From NCBI GenBank assembly GCA_965112735.1, contig OZ218957.1, forward strand, positions 2,294,001-2,358,000: a DNA stretch of 64,000 bases. Reading direction: 5' to 3'. The translations under genes and the position numbers were made by a program. The first letter of the stretch is position 1. Every line of letters starts with the position of its first letter. The notes under the pieces were generated by a model. It saw only the letters and a program-made list of their open reading frames with translations. It ran no database searches and had not been told where the DNA came from. The stretch comes from Phaeosaccion multiseriatum. Its lineage: Eukaryota > Protista > Ochrophyta, other classes. Of this stretch, positions 29,753 to 43,102 are shown piece after piece.

Positions 29753-29840
29753 CGATTGACGACATTATAGAGGCATTGAGAGAGATGAAGGGGGAGGGGG
29801 CTCCTCGGCCTGCCTTGTCTGCCGTTTAGACACACGGGAT

Positions 29841-30465
29841 ATGGAGGGCACTGACCACAAGCAGGGCGGCAAGCGGCTCCAGCCAGCTCCACCCACCGAC
29901 TCCTCAGGGGCTTTGCATGGAGGGGGTGGTGCCAGTGCGACTGTGGCACCTGCTCCCTATCCCGCTGCCCTTGCTGGAAACGAGGGAGGCGATGGTGAGA
30001 CCTTCGAAGCTTGTGACCAGGCTCTGGCTCAGGCTGTTGTGCTCAGCACAGTCATGGGAGTGGACTGGAGAGGGTCACAACTTCTTCCATCGCGCCGGTG
30101 AGCAAAGAGTCGAAGGGAGAGAGCCATCTTTACCCCGCCAACACAACGCATCACAGAAGGGTGGTGGAGTCTGTGGAGCGCTTGAGGTGGGCCAGGAAGT
30201 GCGGGTATGAGCTGAGTAAAAAGGCTCGAAACGTCTCCTTCTTACTCAGCTCATACCCGCACTTCCTGGCCCAACCTCAAGCGCTCCACAGACTCCACCA
30301 TCCTCCTGTGATGCGTTGTGTTGGCGGGATAAAGATGTCTTTCTTTCGATACAGTACTGGAAACCCCGTTTTATGGTGTGATGACCGGGACAAGCCCCTA
30401 CCGCGTTGGAGGACAGGAAGCAGTGGGTGCCTGCAAACGGACACCCCTGCCCCTGCCAGGACTGA
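29841..30465 (+). pseudogene. Type A pseudogene (A'2) whose middle is replaced by an inverted copy forming a hairpin
   Basis: Starts MEGTDHKQGG...ETFEACDQALAQ, frameshifts near 30060, fold-back at 30125-30337, degenerate family 3' end GHPCPCQD-TGA at 30465. Confidence 0.85.
30125..30337. repeat. Near-perfect inverted repeat, 100/101-bp arms and 12-nt loop
   Basis: 30125-30224 pairs with 30237-30337, with 4 substitutions and one 1-nt bulge. Confidence 0.95.
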
Positions 30466-31290
30466 TCACTGCACTGCACTGCACTACATTCGACGATACA
30501 GAGGGGGGAGGCAGAAAGTCGTCTGCTGAGGCGGACGGACTTTCATCTGTGCGCCGATCTTGACGGACCGTACGGCCTGCTGTTCCGAGTAAAAGCTTCC
30601 GTGGTTTCCCCTGGTCTTGATACTGTATAGCTCTACAGCAGAGGCACAAGCATGCTATACTCCCTCTCTTTCTCTCTGTCTGTCTGTCTGTCTGCCTCTC
30701 TGCCTCTCTCTTCCCCCTCTCGTCTCTCTTTCTCTCTCTCTCTCCCGGCCCCTCCACCCCCCACCGCTACAATTCCTGGCGGAACGGAACCTCATGATTT
30801 AAGGAGCGATCTCACCCGTCTCGACTGTGAATAGTGGCGTAATGTTTAATGTTTATATAAAAAGGACTTGGGGGGGGGGAGAGTAAAACCTAAAACAAAT
30901 GCAAGGCAAAAGCACGGGAGGGTGCCGTACCGCGAGAGTGAATGGGTGGGTGTGTCCGGGTGAAAGAGGGGGAGGGAGACGGGGTGGGGGGGGGGGTGGG
31001 GAGAGAAGCAGGAAGGTGGGTCTACATCAGCACCACTTCCTCCCCTTCTTTCTGCCCCCCATCCTCTCTTATCCTCGGATAGTCTCCTTCCCCCGATCAT
31101 CAGCGGCAACATCAACAGTGCAAGGCGTAGCAGGGGCAGCCGTTGGCACAAACAGCTTTCCCACCCCTCCAGCCATTCATAGCGCCTGCGTTGCCCGCCA
31201 TTGCCCGCCCACAAAGGCACAAAAGGGAACGTGTGCGCCAGCACCGGCCAGAGCGACTGTCCGTCTCCGTCTAGCAACACACATACTCTC

Positions 31291-31377
<87 letters not shown>

Positions 31378-31765
31378 TCCCACTCTGCGCTCCTTCCCCG
31401 TCTCGCTGTGCGTCCTGCAGGCATCCCAACCTCCTCTGCCCGCCTCCATAGGTCTCTCTCCCTCTATCCCTCTCTCTGGCTCTCTCTCTTCCTACTCTCT
31501 CTCCCTCTCCCTTCTCTCGCTCCCTCTCTCTCCCTATACCATTCCCAGTAGCAGCGCAGAAAATTGTATGGGCCAAGGCTCACAAAGGGCCCCAAAAGCG
31601 GACCCGGGTGAGAACAAGTCCCTCCAAAAGCCCCTCCCTCCCTCCCTCCCTCCCTCCCTCCCTCCCTCCCTCAGCAAGCCAACGAAAAGCCCCTCCCCCC
31701 CCCCCCCTCAGGGGAGGCTCCAGCCAGTCGCTCCCTCCCTCCCTCCCTCCACTGCATCCCCTGCC

Positions 31766-33408
31766 TCAGTAAGGCTCGAGCCAGCCCAGGATGGCGTTGA
31801 ACGCAACCAGCATAATCCCTCCTCCTGGCCCAAGCCTCAGCAGCCTCGGTCCCAGTCCTTTGTACAGTGCTGCACCTCCCTCCTCGCTGGCCACCAGGGA
31901 CATGGACGGGATGGTCCACCCGTACTTTGGCGGTTGGCCAGGGGTGATGAGTTGGTTCTACTCTCCACAGATGGCATGACATGGCGTGGAAAGCGGGGGG
32001 GAGTTATGGGGGGAGGGGGGGGGGCGTGGCGGGAGGCAGGGTGGGAGTTGAAGTCAGTGAGTGAGTTGGATGCAGCAGGAAGAGGGGAGCCATGTGCCCC
32101 TCTTTGCATTCAATCGCAGCCCCCAGCAGGGACCACTGTTTCGTCACCAGCACTATACACCAAGCAAGAGTCTCCAGATTTCTCTGCATAGTGCTCGCTT
32201 CCTCTCTCTCCGTGCCTCTCTGTCTCTATCCCCCTTTCTCGCTCTCCCTCCCTCCCTCCCTCCCTCCCTCCCTCCCTCAATCCCTCCCTCCCTCACTCTC
32301 CCCCCTCCCTCCCTCTCTCTCTCTCCCACCCACCCTCCCACCCTCCCTCCCTCCCTCCTCACCTGCATTCTGCTCTTGACGACATCGAAGGGTGTGTTGG
32401 CACACGTGGCTAAGGTCCCACCGATGGTTCCTGCCACAAAGTCGTACCCCAGCCTGGTGCTCTTGTCGCAATTGGGGGGAGGAGGCATGGACCTTTTCAG
32501 CGTCCCTATCATTCCAAAGTACACGCCTGAGAGCGAAGAGACGGATGGGGAGAGAGCAAGAGGAGCGAGGAAGAGAGGGGGTAATGAGAGAGAGGGGGCA
32601 ACGAGAGAGGGGGGGTGGGAGACAGCGAAAGAGAGAAAGATGCAGAGAGACAGAGAGAGGGAGAGTGAGAGTGGAGTGGGGGAGAGGCATGGTCGCACAC
32701 GGAGAGAGAAACGAGGGAGGGAGTGAAGTAGGGAGAGCATAAAGAAAGAGTGGACGGGGAGGGAGAGGAAGGGTCAGAGGACGACAACGAATGGAGATCC
32801 TCAACATCCGCATCCTCCCTCCCCTTCGCACGCTCCCCCTTCCCCTGGCCATTAACGAAGTCGAGATGGAGTGAATGTGAGGCCACACAGCAACGCCCCA
32901 GGAGGGTGGGGAGAAGAGCAAGGTTCTTCGTTCCCTTGCCTTCCTTCCCCCTCCTCGCCTGCCAGCCTGCACTTTCCCCCTCTCCTGACGTTCTGTCCTG
33001 ACACCCTCCATACCTCCCGTACCGAATCGACTTCGCAAAGCACACAGAGCAAAAGACACACAGAGCAAAAGCACGGGGGCACACGCGACACACACCGTAA
33101 CCGTACGTACGTATATACGTATGTACGTACCGTTCCACGCGGCATTCCGTAACAGCTGAGCCTCGAACCCCTTGTACAGCCCACTGGCCACGCCTTCGTT
33201 CTTGAAGAGCGATTGCGCGCAATCCACCACCCCCTTATACCGCCCCAGGTTTTCCTTGGCCTGCATCTGCACTTTGATGACCTCAAAGGGCGTGTTGATG
33301 AATGCCTCGGTCATCCCCGCCATGGCCCCTGCCATCGCTGCTCGGTAGCCGGGCAGGCTGCCGTCTGGACACCGGACCATGGTCTTGTACTTCTCATTGC
33401 AGGAGAAC

Positions 33409-33466
<58 letters not shown>

Positions 33467-34539
33467 TGTGTGTGTGGTGTGTGCGTTCACGTGTGTGCGT
33501 ACGGGGGGATGGCAACAGCATATGGTATGTAGCATGGTCAAAAGGAGAAAGGGTCAAAACTTTCAGTTAGCAGGGAATGTATAGAGGAGAGATTAAAACG
33601 CAAGGAGCGACAGGAAAGCAAAGCAGCACACTTTGCACCCGAAAGGAAGGCTTGTCGTGGGGCGAGAACAGGACCACCTGCAAGCCCGTTGGTGGTATAC
33701 ACATGCCAGACAGGCCATCCATCATCAAGGGTGCCAAGATCGAGGCATGCATGCCTAGCACGCATTCACTCACCTTGATGGCTCGTTTGGGGGCTTCAGC
33801 GAAGATTGGACTTGCCATGCCCCTGTATAGATTGGCGAATCCCTCTTGTGTAATTATGTCCTTCGCTATTTGCACCATCCCCACCGTCTTGCCTCCTGCT
33901 AGCTGTTGTCGAGTCTTGAGCACATCCGTCGGGTACCTTGCAGCAGTGGCGATGGAGAGAGAGAGGGGTACAGAGTCAGATTTGCCGCCCCAGAGCGAGG
34001 AGGAGCTGGGAAGGAACAGAGGGTCACCAAAGAGCTGGGAAAGCTTCACTCAGAGGTCGAGGAAGGGTACAGGGGACAAATCTTTCTACTGAGTGAGGTG
34101 ATAGGCAAATTGTGGTGCAGGAGGGTGCAAGGGAGGAACGGCAACGAACGGGAGCGGGCAATACACGCATAGCGCCAAAAAAAAATGAAAGGCAAGGACG
34201 AGCAATGCAGACAGCGTGTTCAGCTCCGTCCTGGATCGGGGGATCCAGCTTTTCCTCTTCAATAGGATTCCCACTCATCGCCTAAAGGCACTCGCGCACA
34301 CATAGACAGAGAGAAAGAGGGGGGGAGGGAGAACGTCAGCAGGGTCCACCCACTCACATGCAAAGGATCTCAGACACGCCGGCAAGCCCGCCAGCCACTA
34401 TATTCTTCCACAGAGGTGTAGAAGCGGCGGGGGCGGTGGCTACCACGCCCCCTCCGCTCCGAAAGGCACGTTCGTGCCTTGTCATAATAAACAATTTATG
34501 AAAGCTGCCGCCCAGCATCTTTTGGCCGTGCGCTGCCAT
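31766..34539 (-). CDS. ODC: Mitochondrial carrier, 2-oxodicarboxylate carrier (ODC/SLC25A21)-like, 5 exons
   Basis: Three PxDxxKxxxQ-type motifs (YPTDVLKTRQQ, TPFEVIKVQMQ, TPFDVVKSRMQ). ODC-like EAPKRAIKF, RNAAWNG and RLGPGGGIMLV. Start is at 34539 or 34485. Confidence 0.85.
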
Positions 34540-34614
34540 CTGAACCTCATGACCTGCCGGCGGCCAGCTTTAATAAGAGAGATCAATTGAAAACAAACGC
34601 CCGATCCAGCCATC

Positions 34615-35563
34615 ATGATGGACCAGTTCAACAACGTAGAGCTTGACAAGAAGAAAGCGCTGAACGCAATCCTCGCAGTGCAAGGGGTAAGTTGGGGCGA
34701 GGAGGGAAGGGATCTTTCAAGGAAAAAGGCAGAGGGAGGAGGAGAGGATACAAGTACGTCCTTCCTCTCGCTTCCCGGTTTGTCTTCCTCCAGCTACCCT
34801 GCTGCTGCTTCTGCTGCTGCTGCTAGTGCTGCTGTGCTGTGCTCCCAGGTGTGCGCCCTTCTCTCAAAAAGAGAAGATCACCGTTTCTCTGAGTAGGACT
34901 CTGCGGAACGCATATGCGCCAGTGCAAGGAAACGTGCCCGAAACCTCTCCATATCTCCCAACAACCAATTCGAACCTCACTGTCCACCTTTTCCTTTGTA
35001 CTCCATGCCCGCCCTCCCTACCTTTTTCTTCACTCTGCGTGGTGGAGCAGGTGTGGATCGTCTGCTTCTTCATCTCGGCGTGCGCAGTGGCCAAGAACGC
35101 AAACGATGGCTTCAATGTGGTTGTGACGGCACTTCTCTACATTGCCTACGAAGCCTACTTTGTGTATGTGGTGAACAAGCGGAAGCCCATCGAGGGGACA
35201 GTGGACGTGCCTTCCTCGATGCGCCCCATGGTGGGCGGCGTGCTCATTGGCTCCACCGTCATGTTCGTCTTTGTCTCTCTCATGACGGCCATCTACTGGG
35301 GCCAATACTCCGGGTGCCAATCCGGATATGACGATATTGACGGCTACAGCTGCTTAGACCCCTCCGGCATGCGCTCCGTGTGTGCGTTTTGCTCCCTGCT
35401 CTTCATCACACACCTCCTCATGGTGGCGGTGCTGATCCGATGGAAGGACGATCTCTTTGTCACGGCGGACCAGGCCTTTGACAGCTTCGAGGGCGACCAG
35501 GGCGCTTCTTACGCCTACAACGACACCGGCGCAGACAAAATGGACTCTCAGGCGGACCTATGA
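34615..35563 (+). CDS. Uncharacterised four-TM membrane protein, 2 exons
   Basis: Exons 34615-34686 and 35051-35563 join in frame. Four hydrophobic helices, a loop with a Cys pair (YWGQYSGC...YSC) and an acidic tail. Confidence 0.7.
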
Positions 35564-37992
35564 GAAGCGAGCAACAGAGTCCACACGGTGTAGGGGGAGG
35601 AGGAGGGGAAGCGGAGGCGTTTTGGCGGGGTTTAAATGTGTTTTCAGGCCAGGCAAAAGAGATTCTGCTCTCTCTCCGGGTCATGCGTGAGGAGCCGATG
35701 GGGGCGGGGCAGGAAGGGAGGGACGAGAGGAATGGGCTCCGGTCAATCAAGCCGTGCGGCTTATGGCTTTCGGTGGTAAAGGGAGCGGGCATGGAAGTGG
35801 AGGAGTAATGTACGCACGCATGCATGCATGCTACGGGAAATGGCCGGCGGCATTCTGTTTGCTTTACGGTGGGGATCCGTCCGGTCCGTATGAGGAGGAG
35901 GAGGAGGAGGAGGAGGAGGAGGAGAAGGAGGAGGAGGAGGAGGAGGAGGAGGAGGAGGAGGAGGAGGAGGAGGAGGAGGAGGAGGAGAAGGAGGAGAAGG
36001 AGGAGCGGGGGGGGTGAGGAGGGAGGGCTTGTCTGGTCTCTACTGCCCCATGGTGTAAGCAGAGCAGTCTGAGCAGCAGAGGGAAAGACGGGTGGTTGCT
36101 GGCGGTGCACAGCTCTGCAGTGTTGATGGCACATACCCCGGCTCGAGGAAAGCGGGGGGGGGGGCTCTGTTTGGAGAGAGAAGCAAGGAGAGCAGGACCC
36201 CCCACCAGGAGGAGCTAAGAGGAGCCTTAAGCCTTAATGAGGCGTTTTTTTGTGTTGCGACGAGACCATTTCAAGGAGAGGAGCGAATCCCTCCCTGCAA
36301 CACCATATATTGTGTGTGTGGGTGTGTGGGTGTGCGTTTGGGAGGCATCAAAGGGGCCCAAGTCCGTATATAGTCGCGCGGACTCGGTCGCGCGTCACTT
36401 CGGACCGGGAGAGAGGGAGAAAGGCGTCCATACTGCGCTAGGCATCTCTCTCTCGCGATCGATTGCGGTTGACGGGCATCAGCTTTGTTATAGCTCGTGT
36501 TGTGGGTGGGGGAGGGGGTCATCGAGGGAACAAGGACGCGACGCCAGCCCTCGCCCCTGTATACTTCGTGTGACACACGCACACACGCGCGCCCACCGGC
36601 AGGCAAGGGAGAGGAAGGGGGGCAATGGCGCATCGTCTTCAGATACTACTTCAGTGCTTTGATTCTCCGTCTGTGCTGTATACTATAAATATATTGATAT
36701 TGCCCCTAATTAGAATTCCAATATATTCCACAGCCCTTTGCCCTTCTCCAACAGACAGGGTTGTTTGCTTTCATTCCACGCTTGCACTACAAAACACGAG
36801 AAAGCCTCCGCCCTCGGGGTAAGGCAGTGAGACTGAAACGCGAGCGAGCGCAAGGGTGATGAGGGGGTCTCCCTCCTCCCAGGGCAAACCCTCCCGCCAT
36901 CATACCCAGGTTGGGTCTCATCATACCCAAGTTGGGTCGGTGGATCGGTGGATCATCTTTACCACAGTGGGGGTGGATACACCCACTCTCAGACAGCGTG
37001 TGCGTGGCATTGGGTAAAGTGATCCCACATCACTGCACAATGGCACCCCCTCTCGCCTTTTACCACCGCCCCTCCCCTGTTGAGTACCTCTGTCGGCGAT
37101 TTCCACACGAGCTGCTTCTCCTCAAGACGCCCACCCATCCGCCCTTCTGACGGCACCGTCGCTCGTTCGCTACTCGAGTACGTGCGAGAGGATCGGCAAC
37201 TGTCCACTCCGATCAGGCGAGTGCCCCTTTTTGATACCCTCGTCGCTTCCTCTTCCCTCTTCCCTCTTCCTCTTCCTCTTCCTCCAGAGGCCCAGTGTAC
37301 ACGTGTCCGTCACACATGGGCCGTGTAGCTCGGAGCCCCCTTCAAGCTCGCCAGCACGACCTCAGGTGACGTCATGTGTCGTCTCAGGCAACGCCTCTTG
37401 ACACACGCACACACAGACACACACACACACACACATTAACAGAGTGAGACACATCAACGCAAAATCGCTGCTTGTGTGGAGCTTGTGGACCCCGTGCACT
37501 CTCATCTCGAAAGAGGGAAGCAGAGGGGGAGCGCTGCTGGTCGCCCTGCTGACCCTGGTCGCCCTGCTGCTCCCTCTGCGGCTGATGCTGACTGCTGCAG
37601 AGCGTACAAATGACGCCGTCGGTGCCGCAATGGCCAGCGGTTCATACACGCACTCCGCTTTCTCGCTTTGTTTGACGCTCGCCGGCGAGAAAGAGGTCAG
37701 AGCCAGACAGTCCCAGCTCTCTCTCTCTCTCTCTCTCTCTCTCAAAGTCGCCCCCCTGTCCTCCCCCCTCTGCCCTCCCCCACACCTGTCCTGCCTGCCC
37801 ATGTGTGGTTCCTGCTGCCTTCACGTCACCCGCCCCCACCTTCTCGACCCTCCCCTCCTCTCCAGTCGAGGTGCTGTTTGTGAAGCTCGCGCTATGGGCT
37901 GGGCGGGGGTAGACAGGTAGATAGGCAGGCAGGTAGGTAGTAGGTAGGTGGGCAGGTAGGAAGGTAAGAAAAGATGTGAACAAGACAAGAGC

Positions 37993-39230
37993 TCAAACCC
38001 AGCTCGCCTTGGGCCGAGGCGATGCGAGGAAATTTCCCGATGGCTTCTTTCCGCCGCTCTTGCCCCCCCGTGGAAACAACATAAAGAGGGAGATTTGGGC
38101 GGTGCTGAGCAGGACTCCGAGTCCATTGGGTATCCACATGAAGGGGTTATGTCGCAGCCGACCGTAGGAGAACCAGAACACGCTGCAGAGCGTTGAGGTG
38201 ACGGTCAGGGGGAGGCTGAGGGCGGCAGTGGAGCGCGTGTCGAGCACAGCTTTGATGCTCACGAGAGGAGAGCCGTAGAGGATGATGGTGGTGGTGCTTG
38301 CCACGGTGGCGACGTGAGACGCCACCAACGCTTCTTTGCTCGGGTCGGAGAATCGGCAGTAGGCCACCACGCCAGCAACAAAGGCGGTGGCGAGGAGTAC
38401 AAGTTTCTTGGCTTCGATGCGTTTGGAGGGGCTGGCGACGGAGAGGTAGACGAAGTTGTAGTATAAGGCGCAAGCGAGGCTGTGGGGGGTGGGTGGAGGA
38501 GGAGGAAGGGCAAAGACAGGCAGCAGTAGCATGGTGCGCTGTGTGAGCTGAGGGGGGGGGGGGGTGGAGCCAAAGGAGGGCCCGTCCTGTACCTTGTTGC
38601 GAAACAGTGGGGATGGGCTCATGTAGAGGGGGGGATATTACTCCTCAGCGTACTTGTTTAACTAACACGGAGAGGAGGAGGTAGACAAATGCACAAGCCA
38701 GAGTGTCCTACACCACAGCTGCTCTGTGAAGGTTCACTATCACTCACCCGAGACCGTTCGTGAGGGCGGTAGGGAACAAATCTCCCGTGAAGACGCCATA
38801 GCAGAACCAATTGGCCGCGTTCATGGCCATAGACACAAAGGGAACCACCGACACTTGATCTGCGATACGACCGAGCTTGCGGGCCGCTGCTTGGTGTTCG
38901 AAGTGCGCGCATGGGAGCAATAGAGGAAGGAGTGAGACATGGGGGGGGGGGGGGCTGGCTAGTCTTTTCCAAGGATGCCACTAAACAAGGCAGTGCCTCG
39001 TCTGCAACTTCCCGGCAACCCAACACGACGGAGAGATACAGGGAAGCGGGGGGGGGATGCCAGTGGTGCGAGTGATGCAAGGACGCACCTTTCATCTCCA
39101 TCATTGGAGAGGCGAAGAGGGCCAAAGCTGTAGCCAAAGCTCCTACTTTCACCACGTCCTCTATCCGGGAGAGAATAAGCTCTGGGCTGAGCCCCCCCGC
39201 TCCACTGCCGACCTTCAGCGCGCCGTCCAT
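37993..39230 (-). CDS. SWEET: SWEET/MtN3 sugar transporter, 3 exons
   Basis: LFASPM; VPFVSMAMNAANWFCYG...TNGLG; LYGSPLVSIKAVLDTRST..LSLP; WFSYG...WIPNGLG..LSTAQ. Two MtN3 repeats. The 3' end may have one more exon. Confidence 0.9.
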
Positions 39231-39494
39231 CGTTGCGTCAGGAGCAGCAGGGGGGGAGAGGGGAAAAGATACCTGAGGGCAATAAATGCGAATGACATCA
39301 GGGCCGCCCGCGTATCCGTGTGCGGAAATGGGATGGCACCCGATGGGATAGCCGATGGAATATGGAATATCGGTTGCCTCCCCTTTCCTTTACCTAAAGC
39401 CATAAAGAGACTGGGGCTTAGAGCGGGGGAGGGGACAGAAACTACGCCTTGGGTTAGAGGAGCCTGAGGACAGAGGAGGGGGAGGCAAGGAGAG

Positions 39495-42400
39495 ATGGCG
39501 ATCAGGACGCTCGGATCGGGCTTGGTGCTCACCCAACTCCTACTGGCTCAAGTGTGCGGAGGCGGGGCCTTTGTTGCTGTACCAGCGGCGGGAAGGCTTA
39601 CCGGTACCAACGGGATTAGCAGTAGTAGTAGTAGCAGTAGCAGCAGCAGCAGAAGCAGCGGCTCGGGTAGCAGCGGCTCTCCTAGAGGGCAGGTTTTGTT
39701 CCGAAGTCGGGTGCGCCGCAGGGGGGAGGAAAGGAGGGACGGAGGAGGAGGCGGCCTGCTTCGGTCGATGCCATCCAGCACTCGGCTGGGGGTCCTGGGG
39801 TTTTGGAAGAACAACGAAGCTGACGATGGAAAAGGAGCGGACGAAGGGGGGGACGGGGGAGTCTTCGATGACGCCCCGCAGGCCAAGCGAGTGTTTGTGT
39901 GCACAAACAAGTGAGTGAGTGAGTCAGTCAGTCAGTCAGTCAGTCAGTCAGTCAGTAGGGATGGATAGATGAGTGGGCCTGTAGGGATGTACCGCTGCCG
40001 AAGCGAGTACATAGAGTGTACTGTAGGGAGAAAGAGGAGGAGCACTGAGCATGAATCAAGCCGAGTGAGACGTGAAAGCGATGAGCCCAAATCAAATGAT
40101 TGACTCTCTGACTGACTGTCTAAGTAACCTCCCTCCCCTCTCCAAGGTGGTGCAAGGAGAAGGGCAGCGGCGCGGCTCTGGGGGCCTTCATCGGGCTGTC
40201 CCCCGAGAGCGAGGTGCTCGTGCAGGGCGTCAACTGCCTGGGCATGTGTAACAAGGGGCCCAATGTGCGCATAAGAAAGGCGGACAACTCTTGGTGGGAG
40301 TTCAATCGCATAGGCAGGTAGGAAGGAAGGAAGGAAGGGAGGAAGGAGGGGGGGGAAGGAAGGCTGTTTCAACTCATTCCGACTACCTTGTGAATGGAGG
40401 GAAGTCCGTTCGATGCCTCCGTTCGCTCGTACTCTGCCCCTTCTCGCTTTACCCTCTCGTACTTTCCTCCACGCCCTGCCGGGGGATTCGTCTCTCTCCC
40501 GTCTATATGTGTGTGCGTGTGTAGTTTTGCTGACGATGACTCTACCCTGAACGCACTCCTCCTCCCCCTCCTCCCCTCCTCCTCCTCAGCGTGGAGAGCG
40601 TGTACACGATCCTGAATGACTTCCTGGACCTGACTGTAGACACGCGCGCCGCAGAGTGTCTCAAGTACAACTTTCAGGGCAACGAAAAACTCGCCAAGAA
40701 CGAGGTGCGTCGTAGGCCCTTTAGAGGCCTCCATAGGCTCTTTGTAGAGGCCTCCATAGGCTCCTTAGAGGCCCCCGTGGGCCCTATTGAGCTCTTCAGA
40801 GGCCTGCGTAGACCGTTTAGACGTGGTGTAGTGTGCAAAGTAACGAAGCAGGGTAAATCAAGTGTATGTATTGTGCATACATCCGCAGCACGCGCAGGCA
40901 TGGAGCGATCGATGCTGTACTTTCACCGCCCCTCTCTCACGTGGCAAAAAACTCGGTTGTTGTTTGCTCTGCCCTCTTCCCCTCTCCTTGCTTTGTTCTG
41001 CTCTCCTCTGCTCGGGTTTGCCTGGCACAGTTGGAGGAGGCAATTGCCCTGTACGACAAGGCGCTGGCCACGGGATGGCCGGACCAGGAGGGAGTGCTCC
41101 TGGTCATGAGAGCCTCGGCCTATCTGCAGGTGAGGCGAGGTGTGAGTGAAGGCAAGCTTACGAGTGTGCGAGAGAGAGAGAGAGAGTGGGTGGGTGGGTG
41201 AGTGTAGGCCTGTGTGTGTGTTATTTGTTTGTATGTGTGTACGCGTGTGCGTGTGTGCCAAGCTTAACACACAAAGCAAACCAACTCATTGCATAACCAC
41301 ACTGCCCAAGCCACGACAAGCCCTCTGACGCTCTCCTTGCCCACTCACCTGCCTCCGCCTCCTCCGCCGTGTGCCTCCCCTCCCTCCCCTCCCTGCTTCC
41401 CCTCCCTCCCTCCCTCCCTCCTTCCCCTCCCTCCCTCCTTCCCCTCCCTCCCCCCCCCCCCTCGCTCCCTCCCTCCCCCCCCTCCCTCCTTCCCCTCCCT
41501 CCCTCCTTCCCCTCCCCCCCTCCTTCCCCTCCCTCCCCTCCTTCCCCTCCTTCCCCTCCTTCCCCTCCCTCCCTCCCCTCCCTCCCCTCCCTCCCTCCCT
41601 CCCTCCCTCCCTCCCTTGCTGGGCCTGCATGGGTGTGTGGCTTGATTGGGTATGTATGTATGGGATCTGAGCAGCGTGCCTACGCCCACCGTCGCTCCCT
41701 GAGCAAGGTGTTGGCGCGGCTGCCCAAGGATGTGGATCCGGAAACGGCCTTCCTGTCCATTTTCCAGCTAGTGGGCCTCAGATACCCACACATGGTCGCC
41801 GTGCTGTTGGACAAGTGAGTTCTCGCTGAGTCATCACTCTCTTGCTGGACGGTGCTGGTCTTTTCACTCCTCACTGACTGACTCACTGATGACTCACTCA
41901 CTGACTGACTGACTGGCACCAGGGACTGACCTTCCTTCCTTTCACTTTTCCCGTCTCTCTCCCCTCTCCCTTGGGTCATCGTGACCCTCCCACCCACCCC
42001 TCATGCCACGTTGTACCCGCCAACTCAACTCCTTCTCTCTCTGCTTCATTCGCCTCTTCCACTCCCCTCTTCCACCCCCTCCACCCTCCACCTCCCTCCC
42101 CCACTAGGCTTGCTGGCTACTACTCCGAGAATGACACCCTCTACCAATCCACCCGCTTCCGCTATGGTTTGTATGAGTTCGCCCGTCTGCGTGCCTGTTC
42201 CGACGCCATCCGAGCCACGGAACTTTTACCCAAATACAGCAAGTGCTGGCTGAGAGCTGGAGATGCCTTGGCGGAGATGGGGAAGAATAGCGACGCCATT
42301 GTTTACTTCAAGGTGGCGTTGAATCTCGACCCTACGTTGGCAGACAAGCTTGGGCCCACCTTGGAGCGGTTGCAGGGGATTGGTAGGCAAGAAGAAGAAC

Positions 42401-42552
42401 AAGGAGAAGGAGAAGGAGAAGAAGAGCAACAAGAAGAAGAAGAGCGAGAAGAGGTTGGGGGGTGGGGTAGCAGCGACAGTGGGGCGGGGCGACAGGAGGA
42501 GGAGATGCTGATGGAGGAGGCGATGGGGATGGAGAAGGGCCAGGTACAATAA
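39495..42552 (+). CDS. Putative plastid-targeted thioredoxin-like [2Fe-2S] ferredoxin plus TPR protein
   Basis: Signal peptide ending GGA-FV, then an S/R-rich transit region. VFVCTNK|WCKEKG and CLGMCNKGPNV give 4 Cys. TPR segments EAIALYDKAL and YSKCWLRAGDAL...ALNLDP. Confidence 0.75.
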
Positions 42553-43102
42553 CAGTTACAAGAACAGCAGAGGAGGAATAGACGGCCCCCCTCTGTGGCG
42601 AACGCACCGGCCTGGTGCGCTCTTTGTGATTGAGTTGGGTCTCAGACGCACGCGGTGTATGTACATAGAGACATGTTTGCTTGGGGAAATGGGACATGGC
42701 GAGCATGCTGAAACTCAAAGTCAAACTCTCTTTTTCTCTCTCTTTGGAGAGAAATATTGTGTATGTACATAAGCGGGAGAGTGACAAAGCTACAGGAGCG
42801 GTATATATCGGTCTATTCCTCTCCTCTCTCCTCCTCGTATGTGAAGACTTATGCTAAGCTAAAGCCCGAGAGAGAGGAGGGGGGGGGGGAAGTGGTGGGA
42901 GGAGAGGGTCGATTTAGCGGCCGGGAAGGTGGAGGTGGGTAGAGGTTGTGAAGTTCTCTGTGCTCTTTCTGTCTCTCTTCGGCTCTGAGGGGGTCTTGCT
43001 GGGCCGAGAAGAGATTAGTTGCCTTGTTGCCTTTTGCCCCCCCCCCCTTCACCTCCTCGGGCCCGCCTCGGCTCTCCTTCCTTCCCCCCCCTTCTCTCCG
43101 TG

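Noticed and set aside
29841-30465. Pseudogene as a DGR-style template repeat for the variable genes
   Set aside because: No reverse transcriptase in the window, and the differences do not appear confined to adenines or to a terminal variable region.
30899-32191. 430-aa plus-strand ORF
   Set aside because: Runs through (CTGT)n and (CT)n repeats and is antisense to the last ODC exon.
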